Below, one piece after another: positions 1-13,698 of a DNA stretch of 64,000 bases. The stretch covers positions 117,239 to 181,238 of the forward strand of contig JAHLWZ010000793.1 in assembly GCA_020536535.1 (NCBI GenBank), given 5' to 3'. Source of the DNA: Pelomyxa schiedti (taxonomy: Eukaryota > Protista > Evosea). Below the pieces are notes generated by a model that was given only the letters and a program-made list of their open reading frames with translations, was not told the DNA's origin and ran no database searches. Every line of letters begins with the position of its first letter. Position 1 is the stretch's first letter. Made by a program: the position numbers and the translations under genes.

Positions 1-382
1 TGACACCGAACCTCGACGCACGCCCTGACACTATCACAATGCTACTGGTAACAATCTCGTCCTACAACCACAATCTCACCCCAAATGGTCTTTGCAAACT
101 AACCGTGTTCTGTTTATAGCACCCATTCCTGAAGATAAACCCAGGTTCAGCATGCATCAAAGGAATGGTAACAACAACCCTCAAGAGGCCCATCAACAAA
201 CTGTAGCAACACCAACACCCCTAAAGAAAGAAAACCCTCCAATAACACTACAAGCCTGTAAAAAAAATAAGAATATTCGTCTTGTGTTCGCTCTGAGTCC
301 TGCGGATTCCGGGAGACTGAACAGATTTACAGTTGCAAAACCCGTCGAGCCTGTAATTAAACACCAGATCCACAGACACGCG

Positions 383-2370
383 ATGGCGGACACAACAGCA
401 GCGCGTGGCCCAAAGGCGAAAAAAGGCGAAGCCACGACTAGTGCAACAACAACCACCACCACCACGTCCACCACGGCCGCTTCCAAGCCGACGGCGACGC
501 GCGACGTGGGCGCCGACGGCGGGGCCGCGGCGGCCGCGGAGGAGGGGCAGCCGCCGACGGAGAACCGCGTGGAGGTGGTGTTCACCACCAAGCTGGGGGC
601 GCAGTTCCGCGTGCCGCCGACGCCGTTCTCGGTCCCCGGCGACCTGGGGCGCGTGGGGCTGTGCGAGATCGTCAACAGCCAGCTCCCCGGGGGGCCCCCC
701 GAGCACCCCATCGCCTTCGACTTCCTCGTGGAGGGCCAGATGCTGGTCACGTCTCTGCACCGGCAGCTTAAGAACATGAACTTGACACCGGTTTGCTTGT
801 CGTTTCTTTACGTGTTTAGATGTATCTCTCGCTTTGTCGCGGAAATGTTGCCGTGCCTTCTTCTTTTTTCCTGTCGGCCGGCTGGTTTTCATGTATTTCG
901 TAGGACGAGGGAACTATGACATTGGAGTACACGTTTTGCATTCCACCACCGTTTCCGGAGATGACATCCCCACATGACGACTGGGTCAGCTGCGTTGCCT
1001 TCCAGCACGAGTGTGTGCCTCTCCCTACTTATTATTGGTGTGCTGCCTCCCTAATTATTACCAGTTGGGTTGTAAGTGGCAGCTACGACCAACATGTCCG
1101 ACTCTGGGAGCGAAACACTGGAAAGTGCATTGCACTCCTCAAGTATGCACACCACGTTCCCGCGTCTCCCATCAAGTCAGTTACCGTGACTGACCCTTGC
1201 CCTGCTTCGGGAGGGTCTTCCTTTTCCTTCGCTACATCTTCCAAGGACAGGCTTATAAAGCTTTGGAATTTCCATGTGCATTCCCCACTTTTCTTATGGC
1301 ATTATACTTACTGACGGAATGCAGTCGGTAGGGGATGGGAAGTATGACATCAAGAAACTAGCAATTTTAAGGGGCCACACAGGTTCCGTCGATAGTATTT
1401 GTTCCATTCCGTCATATGGCAGGGTACATTCCACAAGACACTTCAAAACAATATAACTCCCTTTTTAGATATGCAGTGGCTCGTGGGATCATAACTTGTG
1501 TCTTTGGAATACTAATTTCCAACCCGGTATGGCTACAGAATCACTGGAGGAGGATGCGGAGGAGGCATCCTCAAAACGCAGACGAACTACCACCTCTTCA
1601 GCAGAGAAAATTGCGGCAGTTACCCCAACTGCCACAATGATAGGCCACGTCCAACCAGTTACCATGGTTAAGTGGCCAACATCGCACCAAGTAGTGAGTG
1701 CCGGAATGGACCACACCATAAGATTGTGGGATGTAGATGTTCACAGAAACAGCAGAACTTTGGTTTGACCTCCCTTAACATTTCTACCGTTACTCTAACA
1801 TTGCGATAAAGACCAGTACCAAATCCATCAACTGTGTTGATTACAGTATCTTCAGTGGCCTTTTAGTGACTGGTCACCCCGACAAGTTTGTGAGGCTATG
1901 GGACCCACGGTCTCCCGGCGGTAAGCTTCCTTCCACTCCCTAATTCCCCCTATTTTCCCCTACCTCATATTCAATAAAGCCCAAACAATATTTATGTATT
2001 ACTTACATAAAACCAAAGCCTAACCCCACCTCCACTTTGCGCAGCACTCCCACAATTCAGACGCCACCACACTCAGTGGATCAGCGACGCCAAGTGGCAC
2101 CCCAGCAACCCGCACTTGTTCGCCTCCGTCGCGTACGACAACATGCTGGCCATATGGGACACCCGCGCACAAGCCCCCCTCCACTCCGTCAAGGCCCACG
2201 TCGGCAAGGTGCTGTGCGTCGGCTGGTCCGACGACGGCAACTGCGTCGCCACCGGCGGCAGCGACTGCAAGCTCAGGCTGTTCAAAATGCAAGGGGGCGT
2301 CCATTCGTCAGCCACTGGACCTCAGTTGCCACCAAAGAAAATCACATCTGAACCCCTGAGCCAAAGCTAA
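383..2370 (+). CDS. WDR12: Ribosome biogenesis protein WDR12/Ytm1 (N-terminal NLE ubiquitin-like domain + WD40 repeats), multi-exon
   Basis: Spliced exons give an NLE-like segment (RVEVVFTTKL...PFSVPGDLGRVGL...FDFLVEGQML...LEY). WD40 repeats follow: PHDDWVSCV, VSGSYDQHVRLW, LRGHTGSVDSI, GHVQPVTMVKW..VVSAGMDHTIRLWD, VTGHPDKFVRLWDPR, FASVAYDNMLAIWDTR. GT-AG introns. Confidence 0.88.
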
Positions 2371-2572
2371 GCTAAAACCAAACCAGCAACAAAACACCTA
2401 GATGCGGGTTGTTGCTGAGATTGACAAGGGGGGGAACGTGCGTGGGAGACTCCATTTTTGCCTCCCCCAAATGTTCCCCGAAACCATCGAAACACAAATA
2501 ACATCCCTTGGTTCTCACGATCTCGAAAAGCAACAAACAACAAAAAGAAAAAAAATAAAAGAACAAGGCGAT

Positions 2573-3727
2573 ATGGCAACGGCAGCACCACCGGCGACAC
2601 CGACCGGAGGAGCGAAAGGAGCGAAGGGCGGAATGATCTACAGCGTCGTCGCCAAGAACGGGACGATATTGTGCGAACACTCTATGAAGGCGGGGTCGTA
2701 CAAAGAAGTAGTACAACACATTCTTGCGCACTTGCCCCCTGGCGACAGTCGCAAGTCACTCACCCACCAGACGTGTGTTTTTCTTTTTCTTTTTCTTTTT
2801 ACCCCCCCACCCCCCGCTCTGAGTTTGTTGTTATGCACATTATTAATAGAGCTCTATTAATAATGTATTATGTACGTTGTTAATATGGCAGTAATGTGGC
2901 GTAATCAAAGTTACTTGTTAAGTGGTCATGTCCATTTTTTTGTGTTTGTAATACATGGTGTTGAGTGCCGCTCATCGTCTATGCAGATTTATTTTCCACT
3001 ATATTGTCAGCAGGGGAGTGGTGTTCTTAGTTCTTGCTGATGCCGAATATGGTTTGGAAATTCCTCTCGTTTTGTATCCCCTTACATCTTGCTTAGAGTA
3101 CAGGCTTCCTTTCATGTTTTTGGAGGATATCCAGAACAAGTGTGTACTTTAGACTTCCTTCTTTCAAAAATTGCCCTTCACAAATAGATTCTTTGGAACG
3201 TATCCCACCCAAATTAATGAACCCACACTTGTTCCTCGCCAATTTGAAGGGTTCGTAAGGGTTCTTAATGATCAAATGGTTTGCTGAAGTTGACTTGTTC
3301 AATTAAATAACATGGAACATTAGGACATGTTCACCAATCGTCCTCACGAAGTAGATAAGCTGACCGCAGCAAGAACTGAGGTTGAGGCTGTAAGACAAGT
3401 TGTGACAAAGAATATAGGTATGTGCTCCCTGGGCCTCACATTTTCTGATTTTGTTAGACAAGGTTCTGGAGAGAGGTGAAAAGATTGACACTCTAGTGGA
3501 TGCCACGGATAAGCTCAACACCAATGCACACACTTACCACAAGAAAGGTAAAGCTCTCAAGAAGAAGATGTGCATTCGAAATATCAAGTGGACAATTATC
3601 TCTGTTGGTTGCACCTTGGTAACTTCTATGCCTTCCCTACTACTACCACCTCTAACCACCGTAATCCGCACAGATTGTGGTTGCAACACTTGTAATTCTT
3701 CTGCTCTTCTTCCTCGGAATCATTTGA
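2573..3727 (+). CDS. VAMP7: Longin R-SNARE, VAMP7/VAMP71-like
   Basis: Longin domain (MIYSVVAKNGTILCEHS...RKSLTH; FIFHYIVSRGVVFLVLADAEY; RLPFMFLEDI), SNARE motif (NIDKVLERGEKIDTLVDATDKL) and a C-terminal TM ending IVVATLVILLLFFLGII*. Confidence 0.88.
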
Positions 3728-3853
3728 AGAGGGAGATGGCCATCTGCACACCACACTTTCAAAAAAATTACCCTAAATAGTACTATTAGCAGAAAACCAA
3801 AATCAAGAAACAAACAAGAAAAAAAAACTTGCCAGACAAGGAGGTTCTTGGTA

Positions 3854-5108
3854 ATGGGGGGCAGAGTCAGCCACCAGGCTTCTACTTCAACAGGGACAGG
3901 GCACCATCACCACCACCTGCACCGACACCACCGACACACGTCAGGGTCGCCTGCACCACCTTCGCAGGTGCCGTCGCCCTCACTGTCCCCGTCCCCGTCC
4001 CCGTCACCCTCGCCACTCGGGGAATGGGACGGCGGCGTCCAGGACGAGACGTTGGCAGCCACCGCGGGGATGACGGTGGATGTGGTGCGGTCCATCATGC
4101 GGATGTGGCCCCAGCGCACCGCTGCTAGCGGCCCCGGCACCGGGACCGGGACGGGAGGGGGAGCCGCGGCGACAGCGAGCACGGGGACGGGGACGGAGAT
4201 GGAGTTGGACCTGGGGGAGTTCAAGGGGTTCGTGGGGCGAGTGGCTAAGCAGCACCCTGATTTGGAGCCGGCTTTGGGTGACCCCTTGTTCGCGGAATGC
4301 CTCTTCAATTTATTTGACTCTGACCACAACGGTGTGCTGGCTGGGCCTTTTTTAATAATTGGTTTCTGATTCTTGGCATTATGTTAACAACAGACACTGT
4401 TGCTTAACTTAATTACACTAAGTTGGTGGGAATACGTGTAATTGTATGACATTCTTTTTGTTTGTTTCATTATTTGGGTTGCTTGGCAGGAAGAATATCG
4501 GCCAAAGAGTTCTTTGGTGGGCTGGGTGTTATGGCTCGCTGTGACAAGCAAGAAAAGGCTACGCTGTTGTTCCATGCTTGTGACCAAAATGGTAATTTTT
4601 ACGTATTCCTTATTCTGGAGTTGATAGTTTGTGGCAGGAGATGGCATGGTTACAATTGCTGAAATGAAGGAGACAATGAAAAGAACAATTTCTTCAGCAA
4701 GAACTATGATCCAAGCTCAAGTCAAATACCACCTGACGGCCCAAACAGGCAGCGTGTTTGGAAGTATGCCTTACTTGTGTCTAAGGAGGCTAATTTGCAC
4801 TACAAGGTTCTTATATCTGCAATTTGGTTAGCAGGATGATGGCACTCGATGAAGAGAGAAATGCTGTGTCTATATTTGAGAGTGATGTCAATCGGGATGG
4901 AACTCTGAGTCTCCAAGAGTGGTTGACCAATTACCAGTCGAATGCTGCACTGCAGAGATTCTTCGAATTTGCCACAGGCGAGGTTGTAGTTCCAGGAGAT
5001 AAACTCAAGGGTATGGACACCGATGAGCTGGTCAAAGTTCTGGCCAGCCAGTTTCCGGCCCTATCACCAGAAACGCATTTGCACCTAGCAGTCACCGTCA
5101 AATCTTAA
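3854..5108 (+). CDS. N-myristoylated EF-hand calcium sensor (NCS-1/calcineurin B-like)
   Basis: MGGRVS start fits the MGxxxS myristoylation pattern. EF-hands after splicing: LFNLFDSDHNGRISAKEF, LFHACDQNGDGMVTIAEM, IFESDVNRDGTLSLQEW. His-rich and Ser/Pro-rich N-terminal extension. Confidence 0.75.
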
Positions 5109-5291
5109 TCCCTATATGTGTTATCTATATTGTAAAAATAACGGGTCTGTTATCCCCTGGATAGCTTAGGATAGCTGCCGGTTCTAATCAAATGGCAATA
5201 ATTTTCCTTCCAAAACCAACTGTGTCGGTGCCGAGGAAAAATCAAACAAGAAAGCACACAAAACAAAAAAACCAGGCCGCTAGACACGACC

Positions 5292-8200
5292 ATGGCCGCC
5301 CAATCTGAAGCAGCTGCTCGTTTCCGGCAGAGCGATCTTAGGGCTGTATGTAGTTTATGTCACTCCTTGCGTTGTTTTTTTCCCTCTTTTTTTTGTGCTG
5401 TGTTTGTTGTTGGTCCGGTTGGTGTTTTCTAAAACGCGACAGAACTCCAATATAGTGTTGGTTAGCGAAAACCGCCCACGCACAAATAATGAACCAACTG
5501 GAGAGCCAGAGTCTTTGGCAGGGCATGTGTCCAAGACAAAAATGGGAGATCACGTGCAGTACACTAAACCTGCTGATATGCTTGCAGAAGAGAGAAAATG
5601 GAAAGCGTGAGTTTACTCCCCCTTTTATTTTCCTCTTTTGAGGAGGCGACTCATGTGGCTCCCGTAACAGAGCGAGGCAACGTGACAAGCCCAAAGTAAG
5701 AAGGGAGAAAGTAAAAAAAAATCTCTTGAATGTTGCAGGTCCTGCAAATGTGCTGCAGGCAACCGACGCTCTCGAACAGCGTCTCTACCACCCAAGAACC
5801 AGAGAGACCAAGACAGAGTATGAGGTTGTTGACAAATAATATATCTTGCATGTAACCTTTGCTTCAGAAACTGCTATCGTTCATGCAGACATATCTTGGT
5901 GATCAACCACAGGATGTGCTTAAGAGTGCTGCTGAGGAGACACTGTCTATTATGAAAAATGATAAAATAAATGTACAGCCTAACGTTCAAAATTTTCTTG
6001 CCAAAATAATTCTACCTAGCAACCAGAACGGAAACAACAGCTGGAAAAAGGGTTATTTGACAGTCTCACAGAAGATGCGTTCACTGAATTGACCCAAATG
6101 TGCACTCGCATCACTGATTATGCAGATGATGAAGCTGAAGCGGGCACACGCAAAACTCATGCTCCACATGATCCTAGTGCTGGAGATGATGCCTCCACAA
6201 TTGATGAAGAGACTGGTGTTGCTGTCGTTTTTGATGAGGACGAAAACGACGACGACGACTTGATTGGAGATGAGGAGAGTGACACAGAACGTGTTGTTCA
6301 GGATGATAATCACCCTTCTGATGATGATATCGGTGAAGACACTACAACTTCAGTGCTTCTGGAACAGGTAAACGTTCAAACTCGTTCCCTTTCTTTCTGA
6401 ACGCATCACAGAGAGATGAAGACATGGCCCCCGAAAATGCTGCTGCAGGTGCTGCCACTCTCTCTGCTACAACGGCGGTCACTGTAACGGAACTTGATCC
6501 AAGTGAAATTGACGCTTTTTGGCTGCAACGAAAAGTGAGAGAGTTTGAAAAAGACGCCGTCAACGCACAATCTCTTGCTGAAAAAGTTATGTCTGTAATA
6601 ATAGCTCACGACGATCACCGAATTCTCGAAAATCAACTGGTTTCTCTGTTGGGCTTTGAGAAATTCTCCTTGATTAAACTCATCCTCCAAAATCGGATTA
6701 AAAGTATGTCCTACATAGTGTTGCATTTCACCACGCACCCTTCTAGATCATTTCTTGTCTTTATGGTTTTATTTGTAAACGATTTCTACTTCGACACCTC
6801 TGCTCTCATGCTTGGAGAAATAACTCTTGCGCCTGACTCCTCTTTCTTTGCAGTTTTGTACTGTACCCGTCTTGCCAAGGCAGAAAATGAAACGGAAAAA
6901 CAAAAAATTGAAGAAGAAATGTCTTTAAACCCTGCAGCCCAAGCTGTACTTGATCAAATTCATGCACACAGTGCTAAGCACGACAAGTCAACAAGAAAAG
7001 AGAAAATCAAATCTGAAGCAGATGGTATTTAGACAAACTTATAGACATGTTAGTCTAATTATTTCAAAAGCTACAATGGCATCTGAAGCTGGTGAACAAG
7101 TCAAAACACGTAAAGTTCTTGATTTGGATAATATTAGCTTTGTGTCTGGTGGACACTTAATGAGTAACAAGGCATGTACTCTTCCTGAAGGATCATTCAG
7201 AACGCACAAGAAAGGGTACCCCTCTTTTTGCTCGCGCCTTGATTCCTAGTTTTTATGTTATTTCAGATACGAAGAAGTACATATCCCCCGCTCTGTTTTT
7301 CCCGCATCAGACCGCACAAATCGAATTCCAATAAGCAGTCTTCCCAAATGGACTCATCCTGTATTCGCGGGTATTGACAAGCTGACTGTTATCCAGAGCA
7401 AGTATGAAATTGCAGTATTAAAAATAAAAAGGAATGATCTCTTTGTACAGGCTGTATGAAACTGCCTTTTACAAAGCAGATAACCTTCTGCTGTGTGCTC
7501 CCACCGGTTCCGGAAAAACCAATGTAGCTTTACTGTGCATGCTTCATGAGATTGCCCTGCACATGAGTCCGGAGGGTGTTGTGGACAAAGATGCTTTCAA
7601 GATCATATATGTGGCTCCAATGAAGTCCCTTGTACAAGAGATGGTAGGCAACTTCTCGCAAAGATTAGCGTCATTGGGGATGGTTGTGAGAGAACTGAGT
7701 GGTGATGTAAACTTGACCAAGAAACAAATAGCGGAAACACAGGTTGAAACTTCATTAACTTAAAGCCTGTTTATCTCCTTTAGGTCATTGTCACAACCCC
7801 AGAGAAGTGGGATGTCATTACCCGCAAATCTGGTGACCGGGCATTTTCTCAGGTTGTTAAGCTGATTGTACTTGATGAGGTTCATCTGCTGCATGATACA
7901 CGAGGCCCCGTGCTGGAGTCATTGGTGTCAAGGACTATTAGACAGGCATAGCTTAACATTTCATATTGGTATTCTTATAATTACAGATTGAACAAACTCA
8001 AGAGATGGTGAGGATAGTTGGTCTTAGTGCAACCCTTCCCAACTACCAGGATGTGGCACTGTTTTTGCGTGTCGAGCCACAAAATGTGTTCGCTTTCGAC
8101 AACAGTTACAGGTAAACTATTCGCATTTCACTTTCACGGTCTTATCCGCACTAGACCTGTTCCTCTGGAACAGACATACATTGGAATCACGGAAAAGAAG

Positions 8201-11200
8201 GCTCTGCGGCGCTATCAGCTTATGAATGAAATTACCTACGAAAAGGTCTTCCTTAATTGCTTTCTTTTTGAAAGTTAAGAAAAACAGGTTATGGACCAAG
8301 CTGGAACTTACCAAATTCTGGTTTTTGTGCACTCACGTAAAGAAACTGCCAAAACTGCGCGTGCTATTCGTGATACCGCAGTGCAACATGGCGACATAGG
8401 AAAATTCCTGAGTAACAAGGGAAGCAGTAGAGAGGTTTTTCAGCCTCAAGTAACAATCCTTTTCACTTCCAAAAAAGGTACTTTCCGACAGTGTGCGTGA
8501 TGCACATTCAGCGGATCTGAGAGATCTACTTCCTTATGGCTTTGCAATACATCATGCAGGACTTTCAAGGGAGGACAGAACCCTTGTGGAGGACTTATTT
8601 GCTGACAAACATATCCAAGGTAATTTACCATCGCATAGTTCCTCTCCACTAAGACACTGCAGTCCTTGTATCCACTTCTACTTTGGCTTGGGGTGTCAAC
8701 CTTCCGGCTCACACTGTAATTATCAAGGGAACCCAAATTTACAGTCCTGAAAGGGGTAGATGGGTTGAACTTAGCCCCCTTGATATCATGCAAATGATTG
8801 GCCGTGCTGGAAGACCTCAACATGACTCTGAGGGTTGCCCTCCTCTCAAAACAAACATATTTTAACACTTCGACTAGGTGAGGGTATCATACTGACTACA
8901 CACTCTGAACTCCAGTACTATTTGTCTTTGTTGAATCATCAACTTCCAATTGAGAGTCAATTTGTTTCGCGCCTTGTTGATAATCTGAATGCCGAAATTG
9001 TCCTGGGGAATGTTCAGAACTTAAGGGATGCAATCAGTTGGCTAAGGTATAATTTGTCATGTTACTCGACTCACACTTGCAGATACACTTACCTCTACAT
9101 TTGTATGCTTCGCAATCCGCAGCTCTATTCTATACCTGCGGACCAAATCGCGGAAGACAAGACCTTAGAGCAACGGAGGGTTTGTAAACTAAGAGATTGA
9201 TAACTACTAATATAAAACAGGCCGACTTGGTCCATACTGCAGCTTTAATCCTCGACAAGCACAATCTTATAGTTTACGATAGAAAGACTGGCAACTTTCA
9301 AGTGACGGATTTGGGCAGAGTGGCTAGTCATTATTACATTTCTTATGCTTCCATGGAAGTTTACAATGAACACTTGAAACCGTCAATGAGGTAGGAATCC
9401 TTTTGAGATTATACCCATCTAATGTGTTGCAGTGACATTGAGCTTTTCCGTCTCTTTTCAATGTCTAGCGAATTTAAGTATATTCCTGTTCGTGAAGAAG
9501 AGAAAAAGGAACTAGAGAAACTGTTAGACCGGGTACCTATTCCAGTGAAAGAAGTCATAGAAGAACCCACCGCAAAAGTAGTGCAAATCCCTCATGTCTC
9601 TGTTTAACCCCTTGTCAGGTTAATGTTCTGCTACAAAGTTACATCTCTAGACTGAAGCTTGAAGGTTTTGCATTACTGGCAGACATGGTATATGTGACCC
9701 AGAGTGCTGCTCGTTTGTGCAGGTTGGTGTCCTTTGTGAATAGGAATAGGCTTACCTAAATTAGGGCTTTACATGAAATAGTGCTGAAACGGGGGTGGGC
9801 CCAACCTGCAGAAAGAACCCTTAACCTCTGCAAGATGGTAGAGCGTAGAATGTGGCTGTCGCAAACACCTCTTCGTCAATTTGCAAATGCAAATGAAGAA
9901 GTTGTTCGAAAACTAGAGAAGAACGACTACCCATTTCAGAGGCTGTATGATTTGAACTCCCAAGAACTTGGCGATCTGATCCACTTACCGGCACAGGGTA
10001 AGTTATTGTCTTTTTTCATTTCTAGTTCTTACTGTTATTAAGGGAGAACCCTCCACAAACTTGTGCATGGCTTTCCAAAGTTAGACCTAGCTGTTTCTGT
10101 TCAACCTGTCACAAGAAGGTATTCTGTCCATTCCTTTGATAGTGCGTCTGACTTCACTAGCCTCTTGCATGTGGAACTTGTTATAACTGCTGATTTCACC
10201 TTTGATGCAAACGTGCATGGCAATGCACTTGCCTTCTGGGTTATGGTTGAGGATGGCGACTCTGAGCAAATTTTGCACTATGAGTTCTTTGTCTTGAAAC
10301 AAAAGTACTGTGGTGAAGAGCATCTTCTGTCCTTCTTTGTTCCTATTTATGAGCCGCTACCGCCACAGTACTTCGTAAAGTATGAACTGCACGTGTAGTG
10401 GTACTTCTAGTAATGTGCAACATAGGGTAGTATCTGACAGATGGCTTGGATCGGAAACCACAATTCCAGTGAGTTTCAGGCATTTGATTCTTCCAGAGAA
10501 ATATCCTCCACATACAGAACTTCTTGATCTACAACCGCTTACAGTGTCTTCGTTAGAAGACCCAGAATTTATTGCTGTTTACGAGGGTGACTCCGAACCT
10601 CGGAGGAGAGCGGTTTTCAACCCTATTCAGACCCAAGTGTTCTCCACTCTGTTCAGAAGTGACGACAACGTCTTCGTCGGTGCCCCAACAGCAAGTGGAA
10701 AAACTGTCTGTGCAGAATTTGCCATGTTGAGATTATTCAAACAAATTCCAAAAGGGGAATGTGCCCGGGTTGTTTACATTGCACCGTACCAGTCTGTTGC
10801 CGTACAGGTTTTTCCTCATTCTTCCATACCAAGTCGTCTGACTTTATGTAGAGAGTGACAGAATGGCAGAAATTCAAACCACTGGGAAGGGCAGTGGCCC
10901 AGCTTACGGGCGAGTCAACAGTGGATTTAAAGCTGCTGGATAAAATTGATATTATTGTAAGCACACCCGAACAATGGGATGCGTTGAGCAGACGTTGGAA
11001 GCAACGGAAAGCTGTTCAAAATGTGAAACTCTTCATCATTGATGACATACATCTGGTTGGTGGTGATGATGGACATGTACTTGAGATCATTGTTTCTCGC
11101 ACACGTTACATCAGTTCCCAAACTGGGTTGCAAACTCGAATTGTTGCTCTGAGCACATCATTGGCAAATGCTCGTGATTTAGGAGGCTGGATTGGAGCTA

Positions 11201-13387
11201 CACCTCATTCCTTGTTTAATTTCCATCCCAATGTCAGGCCTTTACCTCTGGAGATTCATATACAAGGGTTTGATAACAGCAATTACGCTTCCCGTATGCT
11301 GGCAATGAGTAAACCAATGTTGCAAGCAGTGAAACGACATGCAGCCGGAAAGCCTGTGATAGTGTTTGTACCCTCTAAGAAATATGCTCACTCGGCCGCT
11401 CGTGATTTGATCACTTACAGTGATGCCGGCGTTGAGGCAGAGAGACCTTTCTTAAAGGTTCCTCAAGAGCAAGTAGCCCAACTGGCACAACATGTCAAGA
11501 ATAAAGTATTACGGGAATCACTGATGCTGGGTATTGGCATACTTCATGAGGGTATTGGCGAAGTAGAGCAACGTGCTGTCAATACACTCTTCGAATCTGG
11601 AGCAATTCAAGTTCTAGTGGCAACACACAAGTTCGCGTGGGGCATGAGTGTGAATGCCCACACAGTAATTGTCATGGGCACACAGTACTATAATGGAAGA
11701 GAACACAGGTACGTTGATTACCCTATCACCGATATTCTTCAGATGATGGGAAGAGCAAATAGGTACCCTCTTATCAGTAAAAAAGAAACTCTAACACTTC
11801 CGCTAGGCCACTTATAGATAACTGCGGGAAATGTGTAATATTGTGCTATGCACCCGTGAAAGAGTTCTACAAGAAATTCCTGTATGAGCCACTCCCAATA
11901 GAGTCTCACCTTGATCGGTTCCTCGCTGATCATCTCAATGCTGAGATTGTCACAAAAACCATTGAAAACAAGCAAGACGCCGTAGATTATTTGACGTGGA
12001 CTTTCTTATATAGAAGATTGACGCAAAACCCAAATTACTACAATCTCACCGGCACAACACACCGCCACTTGTCAGACTACCTTTCTGAACTAGTTGAAAC
12101 TACACTCTCTGATTTGGAGCAAGCAAAATGTGTGGCTGTAGAAGATGAGATGGATGTCTCGCCAATGAATTTCGGCATTATCGCGGCATATTACTACATT
12201 CACTACACCACCATTGAACTGTTTAGCAGCAGTTTGACTGAAAAAACAAAACTGAAGGGATTACTGGAAATTTTATGTAGTGCCACAGAATTCGATACTT
12301 TACCTATCCGGCACCATGAAGAGACATTGCTCCGCAAGGTGAGCATGCTCTCAAAATTTATTCCTTTTTTTTAACTTCTGTACAGCTTGCAATGCATTTA
12401 CCTCTCAAGATTGACAAGCCAACCTACAAAGATGCCCACACAAAAGCAAACGTTCTGCTGCAAAGCCACATGTCACGGCGGACTGTCACATCAGATTTAT
12501 CTTCGGACCAGGCCTTCCTACTAGAGAATGCTGTGCGTCTGGTTCAGGCAATGGTGGATGTGATAAGTAGCTCCGGCTGGCTGGCTCCTGCCTTACTTGC
12601 AATGGAGTTATCGCAGATGCTGGTTCAAGCAGGTGATTTCTTCTTTTTGTCTACCTGCCAAAAACTTATTTTGTTCAGTCTGGGACACGGACCCATATCT
12701 GAAGCAGCTCCCACACTTCACCGACGAAGTTCTCAAACGATGCGCTGCAGTGCCCATTGAAAGCGTGTTTGAGTTGATGGATATGGAGGATGGTGCAAGG
12801 ACCAAGTTACTGCAGATGGACGAGCAACAGTTGCGGGAGGTGGCTGCTGCCTGTTCCTGCTATCCTAATGTAGATCTGAGTTTCCAGGTTCCCCCAGAGG
12901 TAGTTGTGCTCCTTCTTTCGTTCTGTTGACTTACATGCCACTAGGCCACTCCAGGAGCCAACGTTACTCTCACAGTTCAACTTGAGAGGGAGCACCATGA
13001 CGAGTCGGCCGGTCCCACAGCCGCGCCTGCAGTCCACGCACCTTACTTCCCTAAAGACCATGCGGAAGGTTGGTGGGTTGTTGTTGGAGACCCGGAGCAC
13101 AACCAGCTTCTACTCATCAAGCGGCTTGCTCTTATACGGAGGTCAAAGCTGCAACTGGCGTTCCCCGCACCCACCGCACTCGGCTCACACAAGCTTTATC
13201 TGTACTTTATGTCTGATTCATACCTTGGTATGTAACTCCCACCACTGTACCAGCTCCTAACACCACACCAGGGTGCGATCAAGAGTATGACTTCAAGCTT
13301 AATGTAACCAAAGCACCGGCCGCGGCCCCCACAACAGACCCATCCACAACAGACAAACCAACCCCCATGGAGTCTTCTTCAAGCTGA
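5292..13387 (+). CDS. SNRNP200: U5 snRNP 200-kDa helicase BRR2 (two Ski2-like helicase cassettes + Sec63 domains), many short introns
   Basis: N-terminal EPTGEPESL; PWI region ([10 protein letters not shown]); cassette 1 [40 protein letters not shown]; cassette 2 [24 protein letters not shown]; Sec63 segments; ends MESSSS*. Confidence 0.96.
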
Positions 13388-13698
13388 AGAAGATAATTTT
13401 TTAGAAAGGAAAGTGGGTTTGACTTTTGTATAATCCTCAGACACTAGAGTACCGATTTTGTTGTGGTGTGGCGGATGGCAAGTCGAACTAGGTGCAGAAT
13501 AACCAAGATTGCAAGTAGGCCTATCATCATTTTCTTGCTAGTTACAGATCTCCACAGTGCTGACCGGCATGCCCAGCCCCTTTTGTTTTTTATGAGACAA
13601 GAGAATAAAGAGGGTTTAAATAGAACCTCATTTCCCAGAGTGTCCAATTATTGTCCCCTTCTGTAAAGTGTCAAATACAAAAAAATGAAGTGGCTAGT

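Noticed and set aside
92-382. In-frame upstream extension of WDR12 from a TTG start (275-aa ORF in the track)
   Set aside because: Non-ATG start, AT-rich promoter-like sequence and no homology signal. The ATG at 383 opens the GC-rich exon, and the ORF tail runs into an intron.
10855-11817. DDIH instead of DExH in the second BRR2 helicase cassette
   Set aside because: The C-terminal cassette of BRR2 is known to be catalytically inactive and degenerate, so this is expected.
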